Positions 8,213-18,820 of a DNA stretch of 64,000 nucleotides are shown here, one piece after another. Under the pieces are notes generated by a model, which searched no databases, had not been told where the DNA came from, and saw only the letters and a program-made list of their open reading frames with translations. Numbering within the stretch: position 1 is the stretch's first letter; each line of letters begins with the position of its first letter. The position numbers and the translations under genes were made by a program. The stretch comes from Promineifilum sp. (GTDB lineage: Bacteria; Chloroflexota; Anaerolineae; Promineifilales; Promineifilaceae): assembly GCA_018058545.1 (NCBI GenBank), contig JAGOZU010000002.1, positions 6,231 to 70,230 of the forward strand, in the 5' to 3' direction.

Positions 8213-11200
8213 ATGCAAGACGATAAGGACCGTAAATCGGAGCAGGAATCCACCGGCGAAGGGCGGCGCTCTTCCCCTCTGCAACCATACCAAAAACCGG
8301 CGAACCCGCCCGAAGAGCCGGAAACCATTTCTCTGCTCGATTTAATGGCGGAACAGGCGGAGGAACAAGGCCGGGAGACGCCTCCCCTGCCGCCGGAAGT
8401 CCAGACGGTGCAGTTGCCGCCGCTGGTGGTTTCCAATCCGCCAATCCGGCCGTCGGCGACGGATATCCCGGCCGACGACGACGATCAGAATACGCCGACG
8501 GCCACGATTCGGCCGCCCGGAGAGCAACGCCCCCCGGCGAGCCAGGGCCGCACCGAACGGCCGCTGGCCCAGGAAGAGCTTCGCCCGCCCGAAACGACGC
8601 CCACCATTGACGATACCGAGGCGACGAAAGTGCAGCCGCGCGTGGCCTTTCCCGGGGCGACCCAACTGCGGCCGCCCGGTGCATCCGTGCCGCCGGCGTC
8701 ACCCCCTACTGTGACGAAACCGCCGAGCGAAGAACCCACGCAGGTTCGCCCGCGGCCGGGCGCATCGCCGGCGAGACCGCAGCCACAACAGCCTCCGCAA
8801 GGGGAGTGGCCGCGGCAACCCGTCCGGGAACAACCGCAACGGCCGCCACAAGCACAACCGCAACGACAACAGCGGCCTCCCGCGCCTCCTCCCACACGTC
8901 CCCCTGCGCCCTCGCAGGCCGCGCCCTCGCGGGCCAAGTCCTCGCAGGCCGCGCCTCCGCCCGTCCACACCAAGGCCCGGCGGCCAATGACCATCGGGCG
9001 CATCTTTCGCGGTTTCCTCCTCACGCTGCTGGCGATCTTCGTCGGCGCGTTGCTGGTGGCATCTGGCGCGGCCATCATCTACAGCGTCGTGGCTCGCGAT
9101 CTGCCGCGGCCGTCGGAATTACGCAACCGGGCCAGCACCTTCGAGACGGCTCGCATCTACGATCGCGACGGTCAGTTGCTTTACGCCATGGCCGATCCCA
9201 GCACCGGCAACCGCACCTATGTGCCCCTGAGCCACATCTCGTCCTGGCTCATCCAGGCGACCATCGATACCGAGGATCAGCGCTTTTATGAGAATCCCGG
9301 CTTCGACGTCATCAGCCTCGTGCGCGCTGTCGTCATGGCCGCGCGCAACCAGGAGGCCGTCGCCGGAACGAGTACCATCACCCAACAACTCGTCCGCGCC
9401 ACGTTGCTGGGCGAGGACGAGCGCATCGAACGCACCTACCGACGTAAAGTGCGCGAGATCATCCTGGCCGCTGAAATCTCCCGTACCTACAGCAAGGATG
9501 AGATCCTGGAGCTGTACCTGAACGAGATCTATTACGGCAGCCTGGCATACGGGATCGAGGCCGCGGCAAACACCTTCTTCAACAAATCGGCCGCTGATCT
9601 GACGTTGTCGGAGGCGTCGTTGCTGGCCGGACTGCCCCAGTCTCCGGCACAATGGGACCCCTACACCGCGCCCGACAAAGCGCTCGGCCGCCAGCGCGAG
9701 GTGCTCAGCCTGATGGTGGCCAACGGTCATATCACCCTTGAGGATGCCCAGGCGGCTTTGGACGATATGGCCGCCCGCGTCAACAGTCTGGAGCGGCCGC
9801 AGGTCACTATTCGCCACCCGCATTTCACCTTCACCGTGCTGCAACAGGCGGAAGAGCTGCTGGGGGCGCAGTCGATCTATCGCGGCGGGTTGAGCATTCG
9901 CACGACGCTGGATCCCGGGGCGCAACAGCTGGCCGAGGAGGCCGTGGCCGCCCATCGCGACCTGCTGGCTTCCGGCGGAGCCAACAACGCCTCGCTTGTT
10001 GTCCTGCAGCCGCAGACGGGCGAGATAATGGCCATGGTCGGCAGCGCCGACTTCAACAATGAAGCCATCAGTGGCCAGGTCAACATGGCCCTCGCCCCGC
10101 GACAAGCCGGATCGGCCATCAAGCCGCTGGTCTATCTGTCGGCCTTCGAGCGAGGCTGGACGCCGGCGACACTGTTGTGGGACGTGCAGACCGAGTTCCC
10201 CGACGGGGCCAATCCGCCCTACATACCCAAGAATTACGACGATGAGTTCCACGGCCCGGTGCGCATCCGGCCGGCATTGGGCAACTCCTATAACATCCCG
10301 GCCGTCAAGGCGATGGAGTTCGTCGGCGTGTGCAATTTCATCAACAACATGCAGAAGGTCGGCATGACCAGCCTGCAGGATGACGGCTGTCTGGAGGCGG
10401 GACAGCCGCGCAGCCACGGGTTGTCGCTGGCGCTGGGGGCGGGGGAGTTGCCACCGCTGCAGATGGCCGGGGCGTTCGGCGCGCTGGCCAACGGCGGCCG
10501 CTATATCGCCCCCTATGCCATTACCCGCATCGAGGATCGCAACGGCAACGTTCTCTATGATAACCTGTCGCCGGCGGCCACCGCGCCCCAGGCCGTGCGG
10601 CCGGAACACGCCTTTTTGCTGAGCAGCATCCTCAGCGACAATAATGCGCGCCTGGAAGAGTTTGGCCCGAACAACCTGCTGGATATCCCCGGCTACCAGG
10701 TGGCGGTCAAGACGGGCACGAGCGGCACCTCGGCCGATGATGTGCGCGATGGCTGGACGGTCGGCTACGCGCCGCAGGTGCTGGCCACGGTCTGGGTGGG
10801 TAACACCGATAACCGGCCCATCGGCGCGGGGCAATCGGGTTACCGGTTAGCGGCCCCCATCTGGAACCGATTCATGACCTCCTATCTGGCCGGTCGCGAG
10901 GCGTTGGGTTTCGCGCGGCCGCCGGGCGTAGTCGACCGCGAGGTCTGTGCCGACACCGGCGTCGCCGTCGATGCCACGTCGACCTGCGTCGTTCGTGTCA
11001 ACGAGTCGTTTGCCGCCGACCAGCCACCGCAAAGCGCCTCGATGGGAATCACCCGCATGGCCATCGACCTGTGGACGGGACTGCAAGCCAACCCGGCATG
11101 CACCGAAGCCGTCTATGAGGGCACGTTCGGCGGCGGCGTGCCGGTCAACGGCAATCCGGATGTGCTGGAGCGAGAGCGCGCCCTGGCCACGAACTGGATG

Positions 11201-11836
11201 CAAACAACGGCCGCCGGGCAGCAGTGGGCCGCGGCAACGGGACAGAGTACGGCGACGATCTCGCCGCCGAGTCAGGCCTGCGACGGCAACACGCCACGAC
11301 CGCGAGCGGAGATCACCCGGCCGCGCAACGAAAACGACGCCCTCGACCGCGCCGCCATCGAGATCTGGGGCACGGCGCTGGGGCCAAACTATCAGGGTTA
11401 TCAGGTGGAGTTCGGTCTGGGACAGAATCCGGGCGGATGGGGGATGGTTCAGGAGCGGCGAGGCGAGTCGGTTCAGGACGGCTTGTTGGCGGTCTGGAAC
11501 GCTTCGCTGATCGACTATAGCGGCCCGGTGACTATCCGCGTCATCGTTTTCGGTCCGGACAATCCGTTCACGCCGGAGTTCGATCCGGTACAACAAGAGG
11601 GGCGCACGGTGTTTACCTTGCAGCCGGCGACACCCACGCCGACGGCCACCGCCACGGAGACGCCCACGGCGACGCCGACCGCGACGATGACGACGACGCC
11701 TTCACCCACGCCGACGGTCACCGAGACGCCGACGGCGACGATGACACTGCCGGTTCCGGCGACGCTGCCGGTGTCGACCCCGGAGCCGCCGACGGCCGAA
11801 CCGCCGACGGTCGTGCCGCCGACGGCGTATCCCTAA
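8213..11836 (+). CDS. Class A penicillin-binding protein (PBP1A-like) with long Pro-rich N-terminal tail and Pro/Thr C-terminal tail
   Basis: GT51 motifs EDQRFY, GTSTITQQL, RKVREI, YLNEIYYG. Transpeptidase motifs GSAIK (SxxK), SYN and KTG. One TM segment near residue 270. Confidence 0.92.
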   Translation: MQDDKDRKSEQESTGEGRRSSPLQPYQKPANPPEEPETISLLDLMAEQAEEQGRETPPLPPEVQTVQLPPLVVSNPPIRPSATDIPADDDDQNTPTATIRPPGEQRPPASQGRTERPLAQEELRPPETTPTIDDTEATKVQPRVAFPGATQLRPPGASVPPASPPTVTKPPSEEPTQVRPRPGASPARPQPQQPPQGEWPRQPVREQPQRPPQAQPQRQQRPPAPPPTRPPAPSQAAPSRAKSSQAAPPPVHTKARRPMTIGRIFRGFLLTLLAIFVGALLVASGAAIIYSVVARDLPRPSELRNRASTFETARIYDRDGQLLYAMADPSTGNRTYVPLSHISSWLIQATIDTEDQRFYENPGFDVISLVRAVVMAARNQEAVAGTSTITQQLVRATLLGEDERIERTYRRKVREIILAAEISRTYSKDEILELYLNEIYYGSLAYGIEAAANTFFNKSAADLTLSEASLLAGLPQSPAQWDPYTAPDKALGRQREVLSLMVANGHITLEDAQAALDDMAARVNSLERPQVTIRHPHFTFTVLQQAEELLGAQSIYRGGLSIRTTLDPGAQQLAEEAVAAHRDLLASGGANNASLVVLQPQTGEIMAMVGSADFNNEAISGQVNMALAPRQAGSAIKPLVYLSAFERGWTPATLLWDVQTEFPDGANPPYIPKNYDDEFHGPVRIRPALGNSYNIPAVKAMEFVGVCNFINNMQKVGMTSLQDDGCLEAGQPRSHGLSLALGAGELPPLQMAGAFGALANGGRYIAPYAITRIEDRNGNVLYDNLSPAATAPQAVRPEHAFLLSSILSDNNARLEEFGPNNLLDIPGYQVAVKTGTSGTSADDVRDGWTVGYAPQVLATVWVGNTDNRPIGAGQSGYRLAAPIWNRFMTSYLAGREALGFARPPGVVDREVCADTGVAVDATSTCVVRVNESFAADQPPQSASMGITRMAIDLWTGLQANPACTEAVYEGTFGGGVPVNGNPDVLERERALATNWMQTTAAGQQWAAATGQSTATISPPSQACDGNTPRPRAEITRPRNENDALDRAAIEIWGTALGPNYQGYQVEFGLGQNPGGWGMVQERRGESVQDGLLAVWNASLIDYSGPVTIRVIVFGPDNPFTPEFDPVQQEGRTVFTLQPATPTPTATATETPTATPTATMTTTPSPTPTVTETPTATMTLPVPATLPVSTPEPPTAEPPTVVPPTAYP

Positions 11837-12071
11837 GGGTTTACTGCCGCGAATCCCATGATATGACTCCCTGAATCTGCCTAAGCTGTATGCAATGGGA
11901 TGGATTCACGTTAAACCATGAAATCCATGAATCCTCGCTCGATCTCGCCGGAGCCGTGAGATAACCAGAGTTGAAAAAACTCAAACTTTTCCAGATCGTT
12001 AGCCGGTTTGTAAGTTTTGGTTGGTAAAAAGGAATTATGGTGCGGAAGACTCGGCCATTATCCTGATACCA

Positions 12072-12860
12072 ATGGACGAACTAGTGGACGAGAGGAAACT
12101 GAGCGAGATGGAAGAGCAAAAGGTTTTACAATGGACGATGGGTCCGGCGATTGATGCCCAAAACGCCGATCCTCAATCGATGTATTTTATTGCCAAGCGA
12201 GCGATGGATTTGATCATCGTCACCCTTTCGATGATCTTCCTGTTGCCGTTGATGGCCTTTATCGCCTTGCTTATCAAGTGGGATTCCCCCGGGCCGGCGA
12301 TCTTTAAACAGGAACGAGTGACCGCCAAACGGCGCATCCGCAACGGGCAAGTCTATTGGGAAGAAGTGCCCTTCACCATCTACAAGTTTCGCACCATGCG
12401 AATGGATGCGAAGTCGACTATCCATCGCCAATTCATCGAAGCCTATATCGCGGGGGATGAGGCGCGGATGGCCGAGCTGCAAACGGCTCCGAAGACCGAA
12501 GGCGTCAAATACAAGTTGGTGAAGGATCCGCGCGTCACGCCAATTGGCAGTTTCCTGCGAAAGACCAGCCTGGATGAATTGCCGCAATTCTGGAATGTTA
12601 TGATGGGTCACATGAGCCTTGTAGGCCCCCGGCCACCCATCCCCTATGAAGTCGACCTGTACCAGTATCACCATCACGACCGGCTGCGCACCGTGCCGGG
12701 AATCACCGGATGGTGGCAAGTGAGGGGCCGCAGCGCCACCAATTTCGAGGAAATGGTGCGCATGGATGTAGAATATATCCGGCAACAATCTTTGTGGCTG
12801 GATATCAAAATCATACTTATGACGGTTTTGGCCGTCGTCAACGCAAGAGGTGCTCGCTAA
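12072..12860 (+). CDS. Polyprenyl-phosphate sugar phosphotransferase (priming GT, WcaJ/PglC-like)
   Basis: [50 protein letters not shown]. Start uncertain (12021 TTG, 12072 or 12108 ATG). Confidence 0.92.
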   Translation: MDELVDERKLSEMEEQKVLQWTMGPAIDAQNADPQSMYFIAKRAMDLIIVTLSMIFLLPLMAFIALLIKWDSPGPAIFKQERVTAKRRIRNGQVYWEEVPFTIYKFRTMRMDAKSTIHRQFIEAYIAGDEARMAELQTAPKTEGVKYKLVKDPRVTPIGSFLRKTSLDELPQFWNVMMGHMSLVGPRPPIPYEVDLYQYHHHDRLRTVPGITGWWQVRGRSATNFEEMVRMDVEYIRQQSLWLDIKIILMTVLAVVNARGAR

Positions 12861-12861
12861 T

Positions 12862-13935
12862 ATGACCGACCTCCGTATCGGCGCCATTGGCTGTGGCTAT
12901 TGGGGCCCAAACCTTATTCGAAACTTCATCGAGATCCCCGGCGCTCAAGTGATCGCCATTTCCGATCTGCAGCAGGAATCGCTCAATCGTGTGGCGCAAC
13001 GCTTCCCGCAGATCGAGGTTGCGACACGGGATTATCGCGACCTGTTTGAACTGAACCTGGATGCTGTGGTTATCGCCACGCCGCCGGCAACCCACTACGC
13101 GATTGCTCGCGATTGCATGGAGCACGGCCTGCACGTGCTGGTGGAGAAACCGATCACGCTCAACAGCGAAGACGCCGGGCAGTTGATCCAGGTGGCTAGC
13201 GAAAACGATGTTCGTTTGATGGTTGGCCACACGTTTGAATATAACTCGGCCGTGCGCGCCATCAAGCAGATGATTCAGGATGGCGAACTGGGTGACATTT
13301 ATTACATCGATGCCATCCGCGCCAGCCTTGGCCTCTTCCAGACGAAGGCCAATGTCGTATGGGACCTGGCTCCGCATGATATCTCCATCTTGCGCTATCT
13401 GCTGGATGCCGATCCCATATCCGTTAATACCCACGGTTCGTCATGCGTGCAGGAAGGCATTGAGGATGTAGCCTATACCACCCTTATGTTTCCTAAAAAC
13501 ATCATGGCTCATATCCGCTCCAGCTGGCTCGATCCGTCGAAACAACGGCGCATTACTGTCGTCGGCAGCGAGAAGATGGTCATGTATGACGATGTCGAAC
13601 CGCTGGAGAAGATCAAGATCTATGATAAGGGAGTGAAGGCCATCCGGCACACGGATACTTTTGGTGAATTCAGCTTCGCCTATCATTATGGCGATGTGAT
13701 CATCCCCTACATCCGCTTTGAAGAACCGCTTCGGGTGCAATGCCAACATTTTCTCGACTGCATCAACAAGGGCGAGCAGCCGCAGACGGATGGTCTGAAC
13801 GGGATGCGCGTCGTCCAGGTTGTTGAAGCGGCGCAACGTTCGATGAAGAACGGCGGAAATACGGTATTTGTGAATCAAAACGGGCACGGTGATCCGGCCG
13901 ATATCAAGCGCAGCAGGGAACTGACCAATGCCTGA
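12862..13935 (+). CDS. Gfo/Idh/MocA NAD-dependent sugar-nucleotide oxidoreductase (WlbA/WbpB/GnnA-like)
   Basis: IGCGYWG, EKP, MVGH, DLAPHD; precedes an acetyltransferase and a DegT aminotransferase. Confidence 0.85.
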   Translation: MTDLRIGAIGCGYWGPNLIRNFIEIPGAQVIAISDLQQESLNRVAQRFPQIEVATRDYRDLFELNLDAVVIATPPATHYAIARDCMEHGLHVLVEKPITLNSEDAGQLIQVASENDVRLMVGHTFEYNSAVRAIKQMIQDGELGDIYYIDAIRASLGLFQTKANVVWDLAPHDISILRYLLDADPISVNTHGSSCVQEGIEDVAYTTLMFPKNIMAHIRSSWLDPSKQRRITVVGSEKMVMYDDVEPLEKIKIYDKGVKAIRHTDTFGEFSFAYHYGDVIIPYIRFEEPLRVQCQHFLDCINKGEQPQTDGLNGMRVVQVVEAAQRSMKNGGNTVFVNQNGHGDPADIKRSRELTNA

Positions 13936-14578
13936 TATCTCCGAGAATGTCCTGCTGGAGGAACCCGGCACGATTGACGAGGGCGTGTCGTTGGGATATC
14001 CCACCGGTCGCGCCATCGCCGACCAAACCCTGCGTATCGGCAGCGGGGCCAACATTCGTTCCGGCACGACCATCTATGCCGGCACGACGATCGGCCGCGG
14101 CTTGCAGACCGGGCATAACGTCGTCATCCGCGAGGAAAACGTCATCGGCGATAACGTCGGTATCTGGAGCAATTCGGTCATCGACTATGGTTGCCGCATC
14201 GGCAATAACGTCAAGATCCACAGCAACGTCTATGTCGCTCAATTCACCACGATAGAGGACGATGCTTTTCTTGCGCCGGGGGTCAGCGTCGCCAACGATA
14301 TGCGGCCGCTGTGCGCCGAATGCACGCATGCCGGTGGGCCGACCATCAAACGCGGCGCGCGCATCGGCGTCAATGTGACCATTCTGCCCCGCGTGGTCAT
14401 CGGGGAGTATGCCCTGGTTGGCGCGGGCGCGGTCGTCACGAAGGATGTGCCGCCGCACGCGGTCGTCTATGGCAATCCGGCTCGCGTGGTGACGACGGTT
14501 GATGAGATCGACTGTCCGCTGCATCCCGGCGAGAAGGCTTACATTAACGGGCTGAGGCACGACTGCAGCGCACAATAA
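13928..14578 (+). CDS. Hexapeptide-repeat acyltransferase (WlbB/WbpD-like)
   Basis: Left-handed beta-helix repeats (IGSGANI, IGDNVGI, IGNNVKI), GAGAVVTKDVP, YGNPAR. Confidence 0.88.
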   Translation: MPDISENVLLEEPGTIDEGVSLGYPTGRAIADQTLRIGSGANIRSGTTIYAGTTIGRGLQTGHNVVIREENVIGDNVGIWSNSVIDYGCRIGNNVKIHSNVYVAQFTTIEDDAFLAPGVSVANDMRPLCAECTHAGGPTIKRGARIGVNVTILPRVVIGEYALVGAGAVVTKDVPPHAVVYGNPARVVTTVDEIDCPLHPGEKAYINGLRHDCSAQ

Positions 14579-14685
14579 GTGATTTGGAAAACAACGCAAG
14601 ATCGGTTCATTATATCGAACGTCAGCCCGTGGAAAAATCGAAAGCTTAACCCCCAAACCCTCAAACAGTAAGGTAGAGAAACCAC

Positions 14686-15825
14686 ATGGAAATCCCATTT
14701 GTCGATCTGAAAGCACAATATCGCCAGATAAAGGACGAAGTCGACCCGGCCGTGTTGGCAGTCATGCAGCGCGGCGACTTCGTGCTGGGTGGCGCCGTAT
14801 CCGAGTTTGAGCGTGAATTCGCCGAATATTGCAACACAGAGCACTGCGTCGGCGTTGATTCCGGTTATTCGGCGCTGGAGCTTATCGTGCGGGCATATGA
14901 TATCGGCCCCGGCGATGAGGTCATAACCGCCGCCAATACGTTCATCGCCACGACGCTGGCGATATCCAACACCGGTGCGACGCCGGTGCTGGTCGATTGC
15001 GACCCACAGACCTACAACATCGACCCGACCAAGATCGAAGCGGCCATCACGCCGCGAACGAAGGCCATCATGCCGGTGCATCTCTATGGGCAGACGGCCG
15101 ATATGGACGCCATTGTTGGTATCGCTCGCAAGCACGGCTTGTTCGTTTTTGAAGATGCGGCCCAGGCCAGCGGCGCGCGATACAAGGGGCGCCCGGCTGG
15201 AAGTCTGGGTGATGCCGCCGCGTTTAGCTTTTATCCCGGCAAGAACCTGGGGGCCTATGGAGACGGCGGGGCGGTGACCACGAGCGATGCCGCCATCGCC
15301 GAGAAAATTCGGCTGCTGCGCAATATCGGTCAGAAGGTGAAGTACTATCACGAGGTGAAGGGATTTAATCATCGTCTGGATACAGTGCAGGCAGCGGTGC
15401 TCAGGGTGAAACTGCCGTACCTTGATGGCTGGAACGCCAGTCGCCGCCGTGCCGCCGCCACATACGCCGAGATGCTGGCCGGGCTGCCGATCGTCGCGCC
15501 GGAAACGACCGATTATGCCGAGCATATCTTCCATCTCTATGTAGTTCGGGTGTCCGGAGGGCGCGAGGCGCTGATGGACCACCTGAAGGAGATGGGAGTT
15601 GCCACCGGCCTGCATTATCCGATTCCTATCCACCTGCAGCCGGCCTACACCGAGTTGGGCTATAAACGGGGGGACTTTCCGGTGACGGAGGCTTATGCCG
15701 AGGAGATTGTATCTCTGCCGATTTTTCCGGAACTGGATGACGAGAAGGTGAGCTACGTCGTCAACGCCATTCGCGCGTTCATGGCGGAACATGAGAACTT
15801 GCCTGAGGCGGTAGCGGTCGGCTAG
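14686..15825 (+). CDS. DegT/DnrJ/EryC1/StrS PLP aminotransferase
   Basis: [34 protein letters not shown] (PLP lysine), NHRLD. Confidence 0.93.
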   Translation: MEIPFVDLKAQYRQIKDEVDPAVLAVMQRGDFVLGGAVSEFEREFAEYCNTEHCVGVDSGYSALELIVRAYDIGPGDEVITAANTFIATTLAISNTGATPVLVDCDPQTYNIDPTKIEAAITPRTKAIMPVHLYGQTADMDAIVGIARKHGLFVFEDAAQASGARYKGRPAGSLGDAAAFSFYPGKNLGAYGDGGAVTTSDAAIAEKIRLLRNIGQKVKYYHEVKGFNHRLDTVQAAVLRVKLPYLDGWNASRRRAAATYAEMLAGLPIVAPETTDYAEHIFHLYVVRVSGGREALMDHLKEMGVATGLHYPIPIHLQPAYTELGYKRGDFPVTEAYAEEIVSLPIFPELDDEKVSYVVNAIRAFMAEHENLPEAVAVG

Positions 15826-15889
15826 AAATATCGGTATACGTAGGGAATGGGCGGCACGGTGGATGTGTCGCCCACCCTCTGATCCTGTC

Positions 15890-17284
15890 ATGAGAAGCAC
15901 GGTTGAACAAGATAGTCCCTATCGAGGGATAGCAGCACCCCGATCAAGGCAACGAGCGGAACCAAAATACCCGTGGATGGGTGAGTGGTGGTTTCTCCTG
16001 TTGGCGTTCCTGTTCCTGGCCGAGTCATTTGTCCCGTTCCTTCGATGGCCTCTTGGGCTACCTAAAGCCGTGGAAATCAGTATTCACGGATTCACCGGGC
16101 TAATCTTATTGGCCGCCTTTGCGATTATGTTGAAAGAGGACAGGATTCCCAAAGGCATATTGGTTGTTTTAGGTATCACCTTTATCTGGGGCATCGTGGC
16201 CTTTTATGAGGGACAATCTATCCCTGCATTTATATGGGGGTGGTATCGGATGTTCAAGTATCCGCTTATCGGTTTATTTGCCTACTTGGTCATCGATGAT
16301 CCTAGGGACTTTGCCAAATGGTTTTTAAGATTTTGCCTGGCGTTTTTGGCGTTTCAGGTTAGCGTGCAGGTCATCATGTATGCATTAGGGTTTCCGACCG
16401 GCGATGCGATGGGAGGCACGTTCGGCTGGAAAGGGTCTGCCCCTTTTCTTATGTTGGTGTTCTTCATCACCAGCATAATGTTAGGACAATGGTTGGCAAC
16501 GCGCAGTGTGAAATATCTGGCGCTCGTTTTAGTGCTGGGTTTTTTGGGAAGCATCTTGAGCATAACCAAGTTCTACTTAATCGGATTGATTCTAATGCTT
16601 GGAGTAGCTGCCTTGATTCAGATCATTTGGAGCGGCAAGCTACGTCAGTTTTTGGTATTTCACCTGCTTTTTATCGTAATCGGAGCCGTCTTCCTGCCTA
16701 TTTATAATAATTTTCTGGTTCAACAAGGTATGTCGACAATCCAGGAATTTCTGCAAGACGACAAATTAGAGGCATACTTGTTTACCGTAAACGAAAATGT
16801 TGGCGGGAATTATTATTTGGGGCGTGGTCAGTCAATCGTCTATGGTTGGCAACAAATACAACGTGACTCTGTCACGACTATGTTCGGCCATGGATTAGGT
16901 AGCCGATCCAATAGCTCTTTCCTGGGAATAGGTGGAATCCGTTATCAGGACGATGTGTATGGTGGCGTTTCAAGTTCGGGTTTGGGGACCTGGATTCAGG
17001 AATATGGGTTGATTGGATTGATGGTGTTCCTGTTAATTGTAGTCCTGATTAACATGCGATTATTTAAGATCACACGTCGGATCACAGATCCCTATCAACT
17101 CTCACTCACATATGGCTTGATCCTTTTCACTTCCTGTTTGCCGGTCTGGTTATTCTATATTGATCTCACGGTCGCCAGTGCAATGGCGATTTTATACTGT
17201 GTATCTCTTGGCTATATTTTCCGCCTGGGTGCGCGGCCTGCCACGTCCACCATCCATTCGATACCTGGTCGTCTACAGCGATAG
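15890..17284 (+). CDS. Multi-TM O-antigen polymerase/ligase-like protein (Wzy/WaaL-like)
   Basis: About 10-12 hydrophobic segments, large loop, FGHGLG...WIQEYGLIGL Wzy_C-like pattern, AT-rich codon use, position in a glycan cluster. Confidence 0.65.
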   Translation: MRSTVEQDSPYRGIAAPRSRQRAEPKYPWMGEWWFLLLAFLFLAESFVPFLRWPLGLPKAVEISIHGFTGLILLAAFAIMLKEDRIPKGILVVLGITFIWGIVAFYEGQSIPAFIWGWYRMFKYPLIGLFAYLVIDDPRDFAKWFLRFCLAFLAFQVSVQVIMYALGFPTGDAMGGTFGWKGSAPFLMLVFFITSIMLGQWLATRSVKYLALVLVLGFLGSILSITKFYLIGLILMLGVAALIQIIWSGKLRQFLVFHLLFIVIGAVFLPIYNNFLVQQGMSTIQEFLQDDKLEAYLFTVNENVGGNYYLGRGQSIVYGWQQIQRDSVTTMFGHGLGSRSNSSFLGIGGIRYQDDVYGGVSSSGLGTWIQEYGLIGLMVFLLIVVLINMRLFKITRRITDPYQLSLTYGLILFTSCLPVWLFYIDLTVASAMAILYCVSLGYIFRLGARPATSTIHSIPGRLQR

Positions 17285-17545
17285 TCGATTGACCACTCCA
17301 TAGCCTCGGGCGCCATGTGAGCCGTGGCTCGGGTTTTCCGGGTTATGTGGATGATCTGGGATTATGTGGTTATTCCCGACTGGCCGCATCGCCTGTTCTT
17401 GCCGTTCCCTTTAGTTTTGTCGTAAGTCGCAGAGCCTATAATTTATTAGCTGGAGTCTGGGCGCAAACGCCACAAGTTTGCGGCGACAACAGGTATTTTC
17501 CGAGTCTGTGTCGGCTGATTCCGGAGTTTGTTGCTGGAGAATTAC

Positions 17546-18664
17546 ATGAGGAAAAAGAAGATCGCCTTCATTGGAGTTAAAGCATTACCCGCCAAAGCGG
17601 CCGTTGACGCTGTTGTGCAAAGAATCGCCACCTCCTTTGATCATGAGCGATTCGAGCCAACCGTTTATGTCAGCAATAAAGAGGTGGCTGAGGGGACGGT
17701 CGTGCCCGGCGTGCGTCTCATTCGAGTTCCAAGCGTACCAGGTAAGTTCACCCGGGCCACGGTTACTTTTCTAATGGCCGCCCTGCATGCGCTATTCCTG
17801 GGTGATTATGACCTTATCAATATCCACAGTGTGGAAACTGGTTTTGTGCTGCCGTTGTTACGCTTGCGCTATAAGGTGATCGCGACGTCGCATGGATTGC
17901 ACAGTTTGGTTCCCGTAGAGTACAACCAATGGGGGTTGGCAAGGTACTTCTTCAAGGCGTGTGAATATCCGTTCATGTATCTTTCGACTGTTCGAACCAG
18001 CGTTTCGCTGCCGGACGCGAATTTTCTGGAGGAGAGATATGGTCGTGATGTCAGGTATCTGCCTAACGGTATCCAGCTGGAGGAACTGAAGATCAAGGAA
18101 GCCCGTGATTTTTTGGCAGGCCAGGGCTTGCAGCCGGGCAACTATATGATTTTCACCGCGGGCCGAAATATCCCGCGCAAGGGCTGTCATTATGTCCTCC
18201 AGGCCATGCAGCAGATCGAGGATGATTTGCCGCTGCTTATCCTGGGCGACCCGGCATTTGATCTAAAGTATCATCAGCAACTTTTGTCGCTGGCTGATGG
18301 GCGGACGCGATTTGGCGGGTTTGTTTCCGATAAGGGATTGCTCTTCGCGCTGATGCAGATGTCCCGCCTCTTCCTGTTTCCGACTACCTATGAAGCGATG
18401 GCTATCACCCTGCTGGAAGTTGCCGCGCTGAAAACGCCACTCCTTGCCAGTGACCTGCCGGAGAATCGCGCTGTTTTGCCGGAGGAGGCGTTATTTTTCA
18501 AATCGGGCGATGTGGATGATTTGCGTGAGAAGATGATCTGGGCTTTGAGCCATCCGGATGAGATGCGTGATTTGGCGGAACGCGCCGAGAATGTCGTGCG
18601 CGAGCATTTCCAGTGGCGGCATGTGGTCGACCAATATGAAGAGGTGTACGAGGCTTTGCTATAG
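17546..18664 (+). CDS. Glycosyltransferase family 4
   Basis: GT-B pattern; YEAMAITLLE (ExxxxxxxE) and ASDLP motifs. Confidence 0.88.
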   Translation: MRKKKIAFIGVKALPAKAAVDAVVQRIATSFDHERFEPTVYVSNKEVAEGTVVPGVRLIRVPSVPGKFTRATVTFLMAALHALFLGDYDLINIHSVETGFVLPLLRLRYKVIATSHGLHSLVPVEYNQWGLARYFFKACEYPFMYLSTVRTSVSLPDANFLEERYGRDVRYLPNGIQLEELKIKEARDFLAGQGLQPGNYMIFTAGRNIPRKGCHYVLQAMQQIEDDLPLLILGDPAFDLKYHQQLLSLADGRTRFGGFVSDKGLLFALMQMSRLFLFPTTYEAMAITLLEVAALKTPLLASDLPENRAVLPEEALFFKSGDVDDLREKMIWALSHPDEMRDLAERAENVVREHFQWRHVVDQYEEVYEALL

Positions 18665-18820
18665 GCGGCCTGCTCGTGCAACCGGTGGATCACGCAAGAC
18701 ATCGCATGATTTGGTTGGCTTATGCGGAAAGCGCTCCCTATTTTCATGGATGATCGATGATATGGCCGGACAGTTTATGCCTTTTGTGAACGGTCTCTCC
18801 AGGAAGTGGACAGGATTGAA

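Noticed and set aside
9119-10834. Long antisense ORFs (also 14539-15900, 35735-36925, 46035-47546, 48781-50511 and others)
   Set aside because: Each lies opposite a motif-rich gene. Stop-poor antisense frames are expected at this GC content, and the translations have no recognisable motifs.
15806-15820. ggcggtag (ops/JUMPstart-like core) at the end of the DegT gene
   Set aside because: It lies inside coding sequence, lacks the full ops consensus, and RfaH is not expected in this lineage.
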